A stretch of 64,000 bases of DNA from Synechococcus sp. (GTDB lineage: Bacteria; Cyanobacteriota; Cyanobacteriia; PCC-6307; Cyanobiaceae): positions 480,001 to 544,000 of the forward strand of contig JBJBDL010000003.1 of the NCBI GenBank assembly GCA_047285305.1, in the 5' to 3' direction. Made by a program: the position numbers and the translations under genes. Each line of letters opens with the position of its first letter. The stretch's first letter is position 1. Below, one piece after another: positions 63,445 through 64,000 of the stretch. The notes below the pieces were generated by a model, which saw nothing but the letters and a program-made list of their open reading frames with translations, was not told the DNA's origin and ran no database searches.

Positions 63445-63927
63445 TCATCGCTGTCGTTTCTTCGACCATTCCTGGGGCCAGGGGTCGCCATCGAGGATTA
63501 GGTGGATCCATGCGCTGCTCTCCAAACCCACAAGCAGAGCGATTAACTCCTGTGGGTGCTGACGCATCAGTTGCTGGAGCGTCGTCAGCAGCATCGCTGG
63601 TGAGAATGCTGGAACCGCCATGCTCATGATCAGGCACCAGGTGAGCAGCACCGTAAGGCGCACGGTTGTTCCCAGCAGAGGACCATGGGACCAGAGCGAG
63701 CGATGGGGAATCAGGAGGCGGTAGGGCCACCAGAGAAAGCTGAGGGCTCCCCACCGCCGCAGCGCATTGGAGCGGGTATCCAGGTCTGGGGACAGCCATA
63801 GACCGCCAGCCAGGCAGCTGGCGGCGGCGATCAAGGCTGCAGCCCACCCCAGCACCAAGCCAACAGCGATGCCGAGCGGGAGGCTCAGGATCCAGATGCT
63901 CTGGTCGTGGCGGCGACCCGTTGCCAA
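63445..63927 (-). CDS. Membrane metal-binding protein (DUF2227-like)
   Basis: G..H, SPDLD, HRS..SH, WIHLILD; TTG start inferred. Confidence 0.75.
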   Translation of the reverse strand: MATGRRHDQSIWILSLPLGIAVGLVLGWAAALIAAASCLAGGLWLSPDLDTRSNALRRWGALSFLWWPYRLLIPHRSLWSHGPLLGTTVRLTVLLTWCLIMSMAVPAFSPAMLLTTLQQLMRQHPQELIALLVGLESSAWIHLILDGDPWPQEWSKKRQR

Positions 63928-63985
63928 GTCCTCGGGGCTGTCGTATGCCCCCAAGCTGACGCGTTAGGGCAGAATCTGCCTAGTG

Positions 63986-64000
63986 GGGCGATTAGCTCAG
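63986..64000 (+). tRNA. 5' end of a tRNA (possibly tRNA-Val), truncated by the window edge
   Basis: GGGCGAT-TA-GCTC-AG: acceptor strand, U8/A9 and D-stem; anticodon not visible. Confidence 0.6.

Overview
High-GC bacterial DNA whose gene content and order point to a marine Synechococcus (picocyanobacterium); this is inferred, not proven. About 45 kb is a nitrogen-acquisition supercluster. It holds cyanase (cynS), nitrite uptake and reduction (focA, nirA, siroheme genes), molybdenum cofactor synthesis (moaABCDE, moeA, mobA), nitrate uptake and reduction (nrtP, narB, narM), urease (ureABCDEFG) and the urea ABC transporter (urtABCDE). Many NtcA-type GTA-N8-TAC sites lie in the intergenic gaps. 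Housekeeping genes follow: glucosylglycerate metabolism, pabB/C, queC/E, pyrG, a group-2 sigma factor, aspS, gcvT, speB/E, arfB, mazG and the 5' end of a tRNA. The most interesting uncharacterised module (25.5-32.6 kb) is a Na+/solute symporter flanked by two tiny membrane ORFs, an ATCase-like carbamoyltransferase lacking the aspartate-specificity motif, an AsnB-like amidotransferase, an M20 N-carbamoylase and a DUF1028 Ntn-hydrolase. I hypothesise that it makes, imports and degrades an N-carbamoyl amino-acid amide (an N store or compatible solute). Also notable are a circularly permuted ATP-grasp/alpha-E/transglutaminase operon, a glutamine-II riboswitch controlling a YRG-repeat peptide, an NblA-like gene with an NtcA-geometry promoter, and several microproteins below the ORF-track cut-off. 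No mobile elements or CRISPR arrays were seen. All family calls come from motif recognition by eye, not from database searches.
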